From: Eledone cirrhosa | Taxonomy: Eukaryota | Direction: 5' to 3' | Assembly (NCBI GenBank): GCA_964016885.1 | Contig: OZ024741.1 | Coordinates: forward strand, 26,102,001 to 26,166,000 | DNA length: 64,000 nucleotides | Shown: piece after piece, positions 52,596 through 64,000 of the stretch | Layout: each line of letters starts with the position of its first letter | How positions within the stretch are numbered: position 1 is the stretch's first letter | Notes under the pieces: model-generated | What the model was told of the DNA's origin: nothing | Database searches by the model: none | What the model saw: only the letters and a program-made list of their open reading frames with translations | Made by a program: the position numbers and the translations under genes

Positions 52596-52799
52596 CATCA
52601 TAGTGCTAACTTACTGTCTCCTGGGTGTATTTTATCATGATACCTGTAGTGCCACTACCATATATTTCTCATATATTTCTATATGTGGGGAACAGATTTT
52701 CTTCATGTTCAACTTTTAACTTCTTTATGAGAGTGTTTTTATCATACTTCTTTGAGTCTTGTTTGAAACAACAAAGTTCTGAAATACTTAATCAATGTT

Positions 52800-53043
52800 T
52801 CTTGACTTTCACAGTTTCATTATCAGACATTATTTTACTTTCTATGTTATCTTGACTTTCACAGTCCCATCATCAGGCATTGTTTTACTTCCTATGTTAT
52901 CTTGCCTTTCACAGTCCCATTATCAAACATTGTTTTACTTTCTATGTTATCTTGACTTTCACAGTCCCATCATCAGACATTACTTTCTATGTTGTCTTGA
53001 CTTTCACAGTCCCATCATCAGATATTGCTTTACTTTCTATGTT
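52800..53043 (+). repeat. ~50-bp tandem repeat, 5 copies, running into a NEK10 acceptor
   Basis: cttgactttcacagtcccatcatcagacattgttttactttctatgttat units. Confidence 0.9.
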
Positions 53044-53051
53044 TCCCTTAG

Positions 53052-53178
53052 GAAATGGAAGCAATATGTTCCTCCTGACAACCTGCTCCGTCTCTTAGTT
53101 TCATTACGTATTATAATGAGAGATAAGACGTACCAGACACTCTTTTTTAAATTAAATGGAATTAAAAGTTCAGCTGAG
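53052..53178 (+). CDS. NEK10: NEK10 coding exon (KWKQYVPPDNLLRLLVSLRIIMRDKTYQ...SAE)
   Basis: cttag| and |gtatga; phase 2 to 0; resembles recalled FLRVLICLRLLMRDPCYQ. Confidence 0.92.
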
Positions 53179-53459
53179 GTATGAAAACTTTTGATTATTT
53201 TTTATTGTTGTTGTTAACTTTTAACCTCCTGTACCACATAAATCACATTAAAAAGGCATCTCTGGAAAGGACAAAACAGTACTATGGCTAATTTACATGA
53301 AATAGTATTGTCTTCATTCTAATATTGTAAATATTTGCAATGATATGTCCTCTAGTAAGAATAATATAAATATTTCAACTAACAAACACATATGTTGTTA
53401 GATATTTTCTGTTAATCATTCCAGGATGTTAAGGATTAAACTAAAACCTGGTGTAGCCA

Positions 53460-53900
53460 TGTTGTGTAGTGTGTTGTATAATGTGTAGTTATGGTGTGAG
53501 AGTTGTATAACTGTGTAGTTATGATGTGTAGTGTGTTGTATAACTGTGTAATGTGTAGTGTGTTGTATAACTGTGTAATGTTGTGTAGTGTGTTGTATAA
53601 CTGTAGTTATGTTGTATAATGTGTACCTGTGTTGTGTAGTGTGTTGTATAGCAGTGTAGTGTGTTGTATCACTGTGTAGTGTGTTGTATAACTGTATAGT
53701 GTGTTGTATCACTATGTAGTGTGTTGTATAACTGTGTAGTGTGTTGTATAACTGTGTAGTGTGTTTTATCACTGTGTAGCTATGTTGTATAACTGTGTAG
53801 TCATGTTGTGATAGTGTAGTGTGTTGTATAACAGTGTAGTGTGTTGTATAACTGTGTAGTGTGTTGTGAAGTGTGTTGTATAACTGTGTAGCTATGTTAT
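53460..53900. repeat. ~20-bp TG-rich minisatellite (tgtgtagtgtgttgtataac)
   Basis: Visible tandem units. Confidence 0.88.
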
Positions 53901-54035
53901 ATTTAAGATGTATTCTTATACACTAAATAAACTTAGTACATAAGATTTAATTAAATTAGAAATACTCTCTTAATATCTGTCTATATTTCACTGATATTTT
54001 CCTTTCTATTTTGTTCTATTTTCTATTTTGTCTAG

Positions 54036-54114
54036 ATCCTCAAGACCAACATTAGCAGTTATTTACAATATGGAGAAACTCCTTATGTGAGAGAAATTTT
54101 AAAGGAAGTTACTA
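54036..54114 (+). CDS. NEK10: NEK10 coding exon (ILKTNISSYLQYGETPYVREILKEVT)
   Basis: tctag| and |gtgaga; phase 0 to 1; resembles recalled EYLGYGEEQHTVDKLVNMT. Confidence 0.88.
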
Positions 54115-54539
54115 GTGAGATATCAATTCATTTAATATTCTATTTATTCTCATGAAATGGCAATGGGATATTGATACAAAAGAGTGCTGGAATAAAATGT
54201 TACATGGTGTTTTGATTTCTGCTTCTACTCTCAGGTCCCAATAGTGGGGTGGAAAGGGATCTCGCAGAATATTACAACGCTTGAAGATCACATACCATAG
54301 ACAACAACATGTTGGTGTGTGTATATATATGCAGGCATGTAATACAGCAAAGAAAATGTGTGCGTGCGGTCACATATACAATGATAGCGAGAAATAAATT
54401 TTCATATAATACAGTTTAAAAAAAAAAATAAATGTCCAAAATAAATGCCTGAAAAAAAAAAAGGAAGAAAGAAAGAATTGTTTCTTTTCTTTTAACAAAA
54501 AGTTCGCTTCTTTTTTCTTTGGGAACGCTCTTACTAGGG

Positions 54540-55990
54540 AGCTAGTAGAGTTGTTGTTGTTGTTAAAGCAAAGTCACAATGAATCTTCTGTAGAGTCGAA
54601 GTCTAGCGTTGAAGAACCCAGAGTCACCAATATGGCAGCCACGTCTGACGCCATAATGGTGAGAAAACTAATGTCTTAATTTCTCGAGTCCTTGTGGTAA
54701 CGAGACAGAAGGTATGGTGGTTGCGTCGGTAAAGTTTCAAGCCGTTCCCTGGTGTTGGTTAATAGTTAGCCATGTGTTGCTGCTGATGGCTGGTACTTGG
54801 TGGTAGCCGTTTTGAAATATCCTCGTGGCGTAAAGTTTTTGAAATACTGCTAATTTTTTTTCTAAAAATATTCTAAAGAAAATTTGAATTATAAAAAAAA
54901 TTATTTTCCATGAAAATTATTCGGCAAGAAAATTCCAAGATGGCGGATCGAAAAATGTGTCCGTGATGAAGAAGCCGTCATGTGGCACGATGCAGCCAAT
55001 CAGACTGTTGGGATTGCAGAAGACAAGCTGTACGCGGGAAACCAAAACCCCCGAGTCTCCATTTGCAACTTTAACAGAAGGCTGAAAGCAAAATTCCACA
55101 CCCAAAGAAATCCTTTTTTTTTTTAATTTTGTTTTTTTTTGTTTTTAACAAACTATGCTTGCAAGGCAAGTTGTTCTTAGTCGGTGGTCACCGTACTCAT
55201 TTTATCAACTAATTGAAATATACCAAACCACCTCAACCGGATAGAAGACATCGCATAATTTTCAATCCAAAAGAGAAATTTTTTGTTAGTCATCGAAAAA
55301 ACTCTTTCTTTTGTGTTGTATTTTTGTGTTCGTCTGTATGCGTGAGTCACTAGTGTTACCATGAAAGTTATGACAGAAACATTGTGCAGGCGGCGTGCTT
55401 CAACAAATGGAATATTATGAATTTTATGGACTTACGCTAAGTGAGTCTAGCTACCCGATTCGAACATTCCAAATGTTAAGCCACTCCACATAGCCATTAA
55501 AACGAATGGTGAATTCAAATAGGCTGCGTTTTCATACTTAATCGTCGAGGGTCACCAATTTAGCAGAGAAGTATTTATGTTTAGAGAGTTGTAATGTTGC
55601 AACGAGGAACCAGGTTTGGTAGAAAGATATGATAGGAATATCGACAAGGACTTTTAGCTTGTTTTTACATTATTTATTAACAAAGGTTGAGCTGGCATGC
55701 CAAGAGAAATAAAACAAATCAATTAAGATTAGAAGAGAAAATACGGTCGACTGGCTGAGGCGTTTGGCCAGGCCCGTAGGAACGTTTTGTCGTTACATAT
55801 TGTTTGTGCTTGCGGAGCAAAAGAATAAGTGGTCTTTACCTTGGCGTCAGCAAGCTGCAAGTCTTAGATTTCTCAAATCTTCGCGGGCTATTTCTCCCTC
55901 AGAACGCGTAGGGATACATCCTCTTCTCCTGGCGCTGATTGGCTGAGCTGAGCCAAATCACGCACAGAGAATGTATGTGAGCCCACGGAA
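54540..55990. promoter_or_regulatory. Repeat-free, CpG-richer intronic island with YY1-like and CCAAT motifs
   Basis: caagatggcgg (54936), aatatggc, gccataat; agccaatca (54994), ctgattggct (55935); minus-strand donor-like sites. Confidence 0.5.
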
Positions 55991-56019
55991 TGTAGGTCAC
56001 TACAAGACTATCAGATAAA

Positions 56020-56670
56020 ACCACAATAACATTCCAAACACTCCTTCCAGCAGGTCCTGTCAGAAGCAACAGTGTCCAACTGATCTGGCTGGATCTCCAA
56101 GCGTGACCAACTTGCTCAGGGTCTACCCCTGGGGTCTCTTGTCAGTTAATTTTGCCCGTAAAATCTGTCCAGTGATTCTTTCCTGAGACATTCTAACCAT
56201 ATGCTCATAGTATCAGAGCTGTGATCTCTCAATGTGGAGAAGTAGCGGCTCTACCTGGAGTGACTCTTTGATCTCCCAGCTATGCACTCTACTGAGTAAT
56301 GTAACGTCAAATACGCTTTGGAAGAACTTCATTTCAGCAACTTGTATTCGCGATTGTATTCTTTCTGTCATTACTCAAGATTCATAACCATAGGTAAGGG
56401 TTGGCACAAATACTGAATCGAAGATAGCAAGTTTGGCTTTTACACCTACCTCCCTTCTGGCTCTTACACCAATCTCCCTTCTGCCTTTTACACCTATCCA
56501 CCTTCTTCTGATTACCGAATGCTGAAACTAGCGCATTACTGCACCAGCTCCTGCAATTCTTGCATTTAATTCAGTATCATACCTTCCATCACTCGTGAAC
56601 AAGGTCCCAGATACTTGAACTTCTCCACCTGCTTCAGTGGAACTCCACTTACATGTAGCGTGCACTGCAC
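56020..56670 (-). mobile_element. Decayed RTE (Rex3-like) LINE 3' part
   Basis: GTLFTSDGRYDTELNARIAGAGAVMR remnant. Confidence 0.75.
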
Positions 56671-57547
56671 AGGCTTCTTTGTTATACAAAAATATAAAGG
56701 GACTATCAGACATTACCATGGTAACATTCCAACATTTTTATTATCATTATTTTTAACTGTTAATGTCCAATTTGTCTTCTAGTAAGACACAATATTTTAT
56801 ATGTGGTTTTAGGTTTTTATGTAATATACTTTATATAATGTTCTTTGTGAAGCATACTCCAGTTCCACAGTGTAAATGTAGTCGGTGTTAAGAAGGGTAT
56901 CCAGCAGCCATAAAAATCTAACGAAAACATCATCCCAATATGTGCAAGATACGGTGCTGCCATCTGGCCAGACTTGTCTTATAACAGGACCACCCAGTTC
57001 CACTCTGTAAAAGTGGTTGGTGTTAGGAAGGGTATCCAACTGTAAAAATCCCAGCCAAAATACAGTTCCGTTCGAGCAAGACTTGTCTCATAACATGGAC
57101 GACCTATCTAACCCATGCAAACGTGGAAAAATAGACATTAAAAAATGATGATGATGATGATGGGGTTTGGCTTAATCATTGTTTTTTGTTTTATCAAGGC
57201 ACTTCATTTCACATTGTACCAGTCCACTTAGTTGAGGTTAAACTTTGTTTGACTGGTATCTCATCCAAGTGTAGAGGGTTTTGTATTCCTAATCATTGAT
57301 GAGTCTCCAGGTCCATGATGGACTTTAACTAATGTAATACATATTCTATCACATTCATTATTTATGTAATATATACGAGGGATGCTGAGAAGATCTTGGC
57401 TTTGGGTAAAAGGAAATACAGGAGGATCAGTTAATAATGATTTTATTAAACATATTCCCCTCTAAGATTCACACACATATTGCAGCGTTACGTATATAAC
57501 TGTTGTTGTTGTTGCTGTTGTAAACATAGTTTCTACCTTTCTGCCAG

Positions 57548-57615
57548 ATATATTCCACAAATTATCTGCTTGTGCAGATCAAAGGAAATGGCTTCTTGCA
57601 GCTAATGTACAACAG
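57548..57615 (+). CDS. NEK10: NEK10 coding exon (NIFHKLSACADQRKWLLAANVQQ)
   Basis: gccag| and |gtaaat; phase 1 to 0; resembles recalled YIFQKLAAVKDQREW. Confidence 0.92.
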
Positions 57616-57783
57616 GTAAATTTCATATTACACTTTTTTAAAAGTTACTTAGTCAGGTGGAAGCACCGTGCCCACAGACCATTTAAAAGGCCTCCAAAGC
57701 TGGTGGGAGGAACGGAGGAAGATATCCTCAAACTGGGGGCCAAGCTGAAATGCTTGCAATAGTGTGGACTCTGTTAAAGGCAT

Positions 57784-58165
57784 CCAAGGACCAGGGGTGG
57801 TATTAAACTGGGTGACATTACATTTACCACCCAAGGACCAGATGGTGGTGTTAAACTGGGTGACAGATAATATCTACCATGCAAGGAGCAGGTGGTGATG
57901 TTAAACTGGGTGACATTATATCTACCACCCACGAAGTAGGTGATATTGTTAAACTGGGTGACATGTTAAGTCTACTACCCAAGGACTAGGTGGTAGTGTT
58001 AAACTGCCACCAAAGGGCCAGGTAGGGGTGTTAAACTGGGTGACATATTAAGTCTACCACCCAAGGACCAAGTGGGGGTGTTAAACTGGGTGATAGATAA
58101 TATCTACCACCCAAAGACCAGGTGTTAAACAAGGTGACATATTACGTCTATCACCCAAGGACCAG
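57784..58165. repeat. ~42-bp degenerate minisatellite
   Basis: ccaaggaccaggtggtggtgttaaactgggtgacattatatctaccac-like units. Confidence 0.85.
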
Positions 58166-58476
58166 TCTACCCCCCTAGACAAGCATTTTGTTTGTTAACC
58201 CTGGAAGGCAGAGTTGACATCGGTAGGATTTGAACTCAGAATTCAAGGAGCTGGAACAAACACCACAAGATATTATTTCTGATGCTCTAACAACTCTATC
58301 AGTTTGCTGCCTACATAAAACAATGGATCACTGAAAAGTTTGTGTTTATCTAAGAATTTTAAAAGACAGCGTGCTGGAGAGATTTCCCTTAACCTAAGTC
58401 CTCCACTGTACCTCCATATGTTAACTAATTGAGTCTCACTTTGTAAAGTTTTTGTTTTTAATATTTACTGACACAA

Positions 58477-58850
58477 GGGTGGTGGATTGGCAGTATCGGT
58501 AGAGGGTTGGACGCCATGCTTTCTAGCACAGTTATGTCCCTTTAGGGTCTGAGTTCAAATCCCGTTGAGGTTAACTTTGCCTTTCATCCTTACGGGGTCG
58601 ATAAAATAAAGTACCAGTAATGTACTGGGTAATTTCTGGCCTTGTTCCAAAAGTAGAAACAATTATTTACTGACACAAAGGTGGTGGATTGGCAGAATTG
58701 GTAAACCAATACCATTGCAGTATTTCTTCTGGTTGTGTACATTCTGAGTTCAAATCCCGCTGAGGTTAGCTTTGCCTTTCAACCTTCTGGAGTCAATAAA
58801 ATAAAGCACCAGTCAAAATTTGTTGGCCTTGTGCTTAAATTAAAAATCAG
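58477..58850 (+). mobile_element. Two tandem SINEs; the first has a 15-bp target-site duplication
   Basis: tatttactgacacaa at 58462-58476 and 58664-58678. Confidence 0.88.
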
Positions 58851-58989
58851 TATTTACTGGCCCAAAGTGTTACTAGTTTCCTCAGATTTAACAGTTGATA
58901 AACTTTGATAGTTTATGTGTTGTATAATGATTTATGTTAATATTCAGTTGTTAATAATATGTTAATATTCAGTTATTTGTTTCTTACAG

Positions 58990-59069
58990 TCTTTGGTTTT
59001 GCTGATTTCATTCCCTGACCTCCTTCTTGTCCACTGTTCCCTGCATTGTTTGATGACTTTGACCAAATG
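58990..59069 (+). CDS. NEK10: NEK10 coding exon (SLVLLISFPDLLLVHCSLHCLMTLTK)
   Basis: ttacag| and |gtaaat; phase 0 to 2; ARM-like helix. Confidence 0.88.
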
Positions 59070-59740
59070 GTAAATATTTTCTCTTATGAACCACAAAATA
59101 CGGAGGATTTACAAAGATTACAAAAAGACTGAATCAAGCATTCTTTATTGGGTTTGAATAATGTTTGCATGTATAAACAATGACACAGATGAGTTGAAAG
59201 TTGAGAGGAAATCTGGGTAGAAGAGGGATCAGATGTAATGTGGAAACAAGGGATTACACTGGATGTTACTTGGGTACAGGAGTTCCAAATGGAAGAAAGA
59301 TCAATATTAGGCACAGGTGGTGAAAGCTGTCCTTGGGATGTTGTACCTCACAAAACAGATGACAAAGGAATGTGACAAGTGGAAGGAAGCTGCATTGGAC
59401 TGAATACATTCAACACATTCATACATGGATAAACAAACATAAAAATGAAGAATGTTTTTAGTCCATCGTGACAAAAAGCACCCAGTCCACACTGTACAGT
59501 GGTCATGTAAAACTCCATTATTAATAGAAAAAAAGAGGAAAAAATAACTGTTAATTTTCCTTCTCTTCTCATTGATTTTGACTACTTTTCTTATATCTAA
59601 ATAATTATTGATATTATTATCAGTATCATTGTTAGTAATATCATCAGTATTATTATTTGTATCATTGTCAGTATTATTATAAATATTATTGTCAGTATTA
59701 TTATCAGTATTATTATTAATATTATGGTGAATTGGCAGTA

Positions 59741-60695
59741 GGAGCGGTGGATTGGCAGTATCGGTGGAGGGTCGGACGCCATGTTAAGGTGGTGGATTGG
59801 CAGTATCGGTGGAGGGTCGGACGCCATGTTAAGGTGGTGGATTGGCAGTATCGGTGGAGGGTCGGACGCCATGTTAGGGTGGTGGATTGGCAGTATCGGT
59901 AGAGGGTCGGACGCCATGGTAGGGTGGTGGATTGGTAGAGGGTCGGACGCCATGGTAGGGTGGTGGATTGGTAGAGGGTCGGACGCCATGTTAGGGCGGT
60001 GGATTGGCAGTATCGGTGGAGGGTCGGACGCCATGTTAGGGTGGTGGATTGGCAGTATCGGTAGAGGGTCGGACGCCATGGTAGGGTGGTGGATTGGTAG
60101 AGGGTCGGACGCCATGGTAGGGTGGTGGATTGGTAGAGGGTCGGACGCCATGGTAGGGTGGTGGATTGGTAGAGGGTCGGACGCCATGTTAGGGCGGTGG
60201 ATTGGCAGTATTGGTAGAGGGTCGGACGCCATGTTAGGGCGGTGGATTGGCAGTATCGGTGGAGGGTCGGACGCCATGTTAGGGTGGTGGATTGGCAGTA
60301 TCGGTAGAGGGTCGGACGCCATGGTAGGGTGGTGGATTGGTAGAGGGTCGGACGCCATGGTAGGGTGGTGGATTGGTAGAGGGTCGGACGCCATGTTAGG
60401 GCGGTGGATTGGCAGTATCGGTGGAGGGTCGGACGCCATGTTAGGGCGGTGGATTGGCAGTATCGGTGGAGGGTCGGACGCCATGTTAGGGTGGTGGATT
60501 GGCAGTATCGGTAGAGGGTCGGACGCCATGGTAGGGTGGTGGATTGGTAGAGGGTCGGACGCCATGGTAGGGTGGTGGATTGGTAGAGGGTCGGACGCCA
60601 TGTTAGGGTGGTGGATTGGCAGTATTGGTAGAGGGTCGGACGCCATGTTAGGGCAGTGGATTGGCAGTATCGGTAGAGGGTCGGACGCCATGCTT
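59741..60695 (+). repeat. 45/36-bp minisatellite made of the SINE 5' head (about 23 units)
   Basis: gggtggtggattgg(cagtatcgg)tagagggtcggacgccatg units continue directly into a complete SINE body. Confidence 0.95.
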
Positions 60696-61028
60696 TCCAG
60701 CATAGTTACGTCCCTTTACGATCTGAGTTCAAATCCCGCCGAGGTTGACTTTGCCTTTCATCCTTACGGGGGTCGATAAAATAAAGTACCAGTAATGCAC
60801 TGGGTAATTGCTGGCCTTGTGCCAAAAGTAGAAACAATATTATGGTGAATTGGCAGTATCGTTAGAGGGTTGGACTCCATGCTTTGCAGCATGGAGTTAC
60901 AGGCCTTTATGATCTGAGTTCAAATCCCACCAAGGTTAACTTTACCTTTCATCCTTCGGGGGTCGATAAAATAAAGTACCAGTACACTGTGATAATTGAT
61001 GGCCTTGTGCCAAAAGTAGAAACAATTA
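60651..61028 (+). mobile_element. Two tandem SINEs
   Basis: B boxes gagttcaaatcc at ~60726 and ~60916. Confidence 0.9.
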
Positions 61029-61072
61029 TTGTCAGTATTATTATCAGTATTATTATTATGTTTTTGTTTCAG

Positions 61073-61159
61073 TTCCAAAGCTTGCAAGCTTGTTGGACAA
61101 CTGAATGTTGTTGAGATTTTACTGAAAATTATCCATGAATATGATGACACATCTAAAAA
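61073..61159 (+). CDS. NEK10: NEK10 coding exon (SKACKLVGQLNVVEILLKIIHEYDDTSK)
   Basis: tttcag| and |gtaaga; phase 2 to 2; resembles recalled ELNIVENLLMILHEYDLLSK. Confidence 0.93.
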
Positions 61160-61424
61160 GTAAGAAATTATCATCATCACCATCATCATCATCACCACAA
61201 CCACCATCATCATCACCATCGTTTACTGTCCATTTTTCCTGCTAGCAGGAGTTGGATGTGTTGTCATATGAGGATCAGCTGAAAATTTCATAAGCTGACC
61301 AAGATACTCTCATGGAATTAACAAATGAGATTTATTTTTCAACATGTGCTGTGTATGACTAATGTTGTATGGTGTAGTGTATACATTAAGTTCCAAACAC
61401 CATTTGTTGTTTTGGTCAATTTAG

Positions 61425-61645
61425 CCCTTTAGCATTTGCATTACTCTATATTTACTATTGTATTTTCACAGTAAAGGCTTTATCTTACATAATTATCTCA
61501 CATGATATTGAATCTACGAGATTTTGATGTTATTTATTTTGAGAACAATACCTTAATGTAGGTATGAGTGGCCAGTTACAGCCAGTTTGAACAGAAAGAG
61601 GTGAGAGAGTTCTGGCCGGATATGGCCGGTTTAAATGCTAAAGGG
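61425..61645. mobile_element. piggyBac-like MITE
   Basis: TIRs ccctttagcattt / aaatgctaaaggg flanked by ttag and ttaa. Confidence 0.7.
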
Positions 61646-61689
61646 TTAAACATTTCTAGATCATGCATTTTATTATACCTGGGACTACT

Positions 61690-62177
61690 TGATAAATTCC
61701 GACCTCACACACTTACACCTCTCCAAGACAATGTCACTGGACCGAGATCTTTGTCGCTACACAGTAATACAGAAGACCCACCTTGCCTAAGTACAAAGCG
61801 AAACCTACAGTCAGTAGGCACCTCTTAACAAAAATACACCCCGTCCCACTACCCCCACCTCAACCACACCACCCCCTTCAATGTGAAGTTATGTTGGTAC
61901 CACAACATCCAGTCCGAAACAAATGAGGTTGTGTAGGTGTCACGACAAAAACACACACAGTCCACGCTGTAATGTGGCCGTGTAGGTAACACGGTAAAAA
62001 CCTCCCAGTCCACACTGTAAATGTGGTTAGTGTTAGGAAGGGCATCCAGTGGTAGAAAACCCGCCAGACAGTCCTATATGAGCAAGACAACCAATCTTGC
62101 CTCAAGTGGGAAAATTCCCGTCCAAACCCATGCAAGCGTGGAAGATGGACGTTAAACGATGATGATGATGATGATGG
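61690..62177 (+). mobile_element. RTE LINE 3' end fragment
   Basis: Near-identical to ~25263-25748; (GAT)n tail. Confidence 0.92.
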
Positions 62178-62262
62178 TCATAAAACAAAGTAAAAACACA
62201 TCCCCAAACTTGTTTTTTACCATCGCTATCTTCTGATAGTGTTACCTTGTGTGTTTCTTCAG

Positions 62263-62355
62263 ATTGGCGTCCACTCTCCTACGTACACTACTGTGTGATG
62301 ATCAACAGAGCAGAGAACTGGTCAAGAATTATGAAGGAATACCTGTCTTACTCAG
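62263..62355 (+). CDS. NEK10: NEK10 coding exon (LASTLLRTLLCDDQQSRELVKNYEGIPVLLS)
   Basis: cttcag| and |gtatgt; phase 2 to 2; YEGIPVLLS is a recalled NEK10 motif. Confidence 0.95.
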
Positions 62356-62620
62356 GTATGTAATACACAGTAAAGGAATACCTGTCTTACTCAGGTATGT
62401 AAGACAACAGTAACTTGAGCAATAACAAATATATAATTGTTTCTACTTTTGGCACAAGGCCTGCAATTAACCCAGTGCAAAATATATAATAAAGGAATAC
62501 CTGTCTTGTTCAGTGACTTGTACAATAACAGATATATAATGAAGGATACCTGTCTTACTCAGGTATGTAATACAACAGTAAAGGAATACCTGTATTGCCC
62601 AGGTGTGTATTACAACAGTA
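62334..62620 (+). repeat. Repeated copies of the exon end and 5' splice site
   Basis: aaggaatacctgtcttactcaggtatgtaa at ~62334, ~62373 and ~62542, with degenerate copies at ~62492 and ~62581. Confidence 0.9.
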
Positions 62621-62792
62621 ATTTTAACAATAACAGATATATAAGTGGTATTTCAGATCATTTGGCCTTGTGCCTAAAGTAGAAACAATTATTAGAATAT
62701 GTAATGTTGTACTGTTGTATACTGGACAACAGTATGGAAGTACCCAGTATGAGACTCAGCTATGTTGACAGCAATGGGGTTGATTTAATAAT

Positions 62793-63237
62793 CATTTCTA
62801 CTTTTGGCACAAGACCAGCAATTACCCAGTGCATTACTGGTACTTTATTTTATCGACCCCGTAAGGATGAAAGACAAAGTTAACCTCGGCGGGATTTGAA
62901 CTCAGAATGGCAAGGGCCGTAACTCTGCGTCAAAGCATGCGTCTGACCCTCTACCGATACTGCCAATCCACTGCCCTGGGTTGATTTAATAATAATAATG
63001 AAATTATTGTGTACAGTGCTCAGGTGCACTACAACTCGTCAAAGGGCCATGTATAGTACATAGAATAATATACAAATGTCAGGGAAGTTAATAGTGTTAT
63101 GAGTCATGATATACATATGTGTATGTGTATGGAGGGGGAATATCAGGTGTAGTGTTGGCGAATCTCAGGAAGGATGGGGGTTTTAAAGGATGCAGTGTCT
63201 CGACAGCTAACAACTGATGCAGCTAGTTTGTTCCATA
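62793..63237 (-). mobile_element. Full SINE (62793-62977) followed by a CR1-group 3' end
   Basis: SINE flanked by gggttgatttaataat repeats; CR1 3' UTR follows. Confidence 0.85.
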
Positions 63238-63932
63238 TCAGCCTATCATTATTCTTGAGTCTCAAATAATTATTTCCCTACCCTCGCCCCTGTTGGAATA
63301 CGTAATAGAGTAATATATATATATATCACCATCATCATCATCATGGTTTAACGTCTATCTTCCACACTAACATGGTTTGGACGGGTTTGTTCCACTTGAG
63401 GCAAGTTTGGTTGGGTGACCATGTCTCGCTCATATATAAGCTGTCAAAAAATCAGAGATCTACATGGTGTGCATGTATATGTTTTCAAGAAACATCTCAA
63501 GATTCTACTGATCAAGATTCCAGATGAACCCACAGCACGAGGTGAAGCACAAATAAGAGCAGCAACAACAAACTACCTTTTGCATCAATGGCCAACCAGG
63601 GAAGGCTGGCTATAGAATGTGTAGCATCGGTGGCAGTGCCCCAGCATGGCCTCAACCTGTCGGCTGGAACATGTAATAGAGTAATATATATATAGAGAGA
63701 TAGAACAAGTTTAATATAGCAATGGCTTCTACAGGACTAGAACTGTTTCATTTGAAGGAAATCATCAGGAAAGCCAACTGTTGTTGTAATATAGTGGTAT
63801 ATATATATATATATATATATTTAAACTGATTGAACCCGGGATAAACATATATATATATACACTCACACACTCACATATACATATGTGTATGTGTGTGTGT
63901 ATGTGTGTATAAAATATTTTGTTTTATTGCAG

Positions 63933-64000
63933 CCAGCTACATAACAGCAACATGGAACTACAATGGCAGGTGGTCTGGTGTTTGGTGAACCTTAGTGAAG
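63933..64000 (+). CDS. NEK10: NEK10 coding exon, cut by the window end (QLHNSNMELQWQVVWCLVNLSE)
   Basis: attgcag| acceptor, phase 2; resembles recalled LLHSDHLKLLWSIVWILVQVCED. Confidence 0.92.

Noticed and set aside
59597-60779. MASDPLPIHHP and WWIGSIG repeat proteins
   Set aside because: Units are SINE heads of 45 and 36 bp inside an intron.

Overview
AT-rich, repeat-dense animal genomic DNA. The SINE/LINE/microsatellite content points to a cephalopod, probably Octopus (inference). Host genes: (i) an intronless SFT2D3-like gene (35251-35922, -); (ii) the 5' part of NEK10 on +, which the ORF track misses: 11 coding exons from 42990 to the window end, all with GT-AG junctions and compatible phases, with RFX X-box-like motifs upstream; (iii) a possible last exon of an unidentified + strand gene (7411-7596, ending ...TTEL*). 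Most of the rest is mobile or repetitive: four large RTE-clade LINE copies carrying a PHD-type finger (one with an uninterrupted ~1000-codon ORF in a NEK10 intron), CR1-group LINE fragments, many tRNA-derived SINEs, mariner- and piggyBac-like MITEs, (TA)n arrays and minisatellites. The most notable signal is a set of short non-coding elements next to (TA)n tracts that carry type I hammerhead ribozyme motifs (15.0-16.2 kb, 34.0-34.7 kb, 9.6 kb, 14.75 kb, degenerate at 4.95 kb). The two largest are arranged as permuted tandem plus inverted copies, like Penelope pseudo-LTRs or retrozymes. Other points of interest: a minisatellite built from a SINE head inside nested target-site duplications, tandem repeats that create in-frame alternative splice sites in two NEK10 exons, and a promoter-like island inside a NEK10 intron. 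All identities come from reading the sequence and recalling the families; no searches or folding programs were run.
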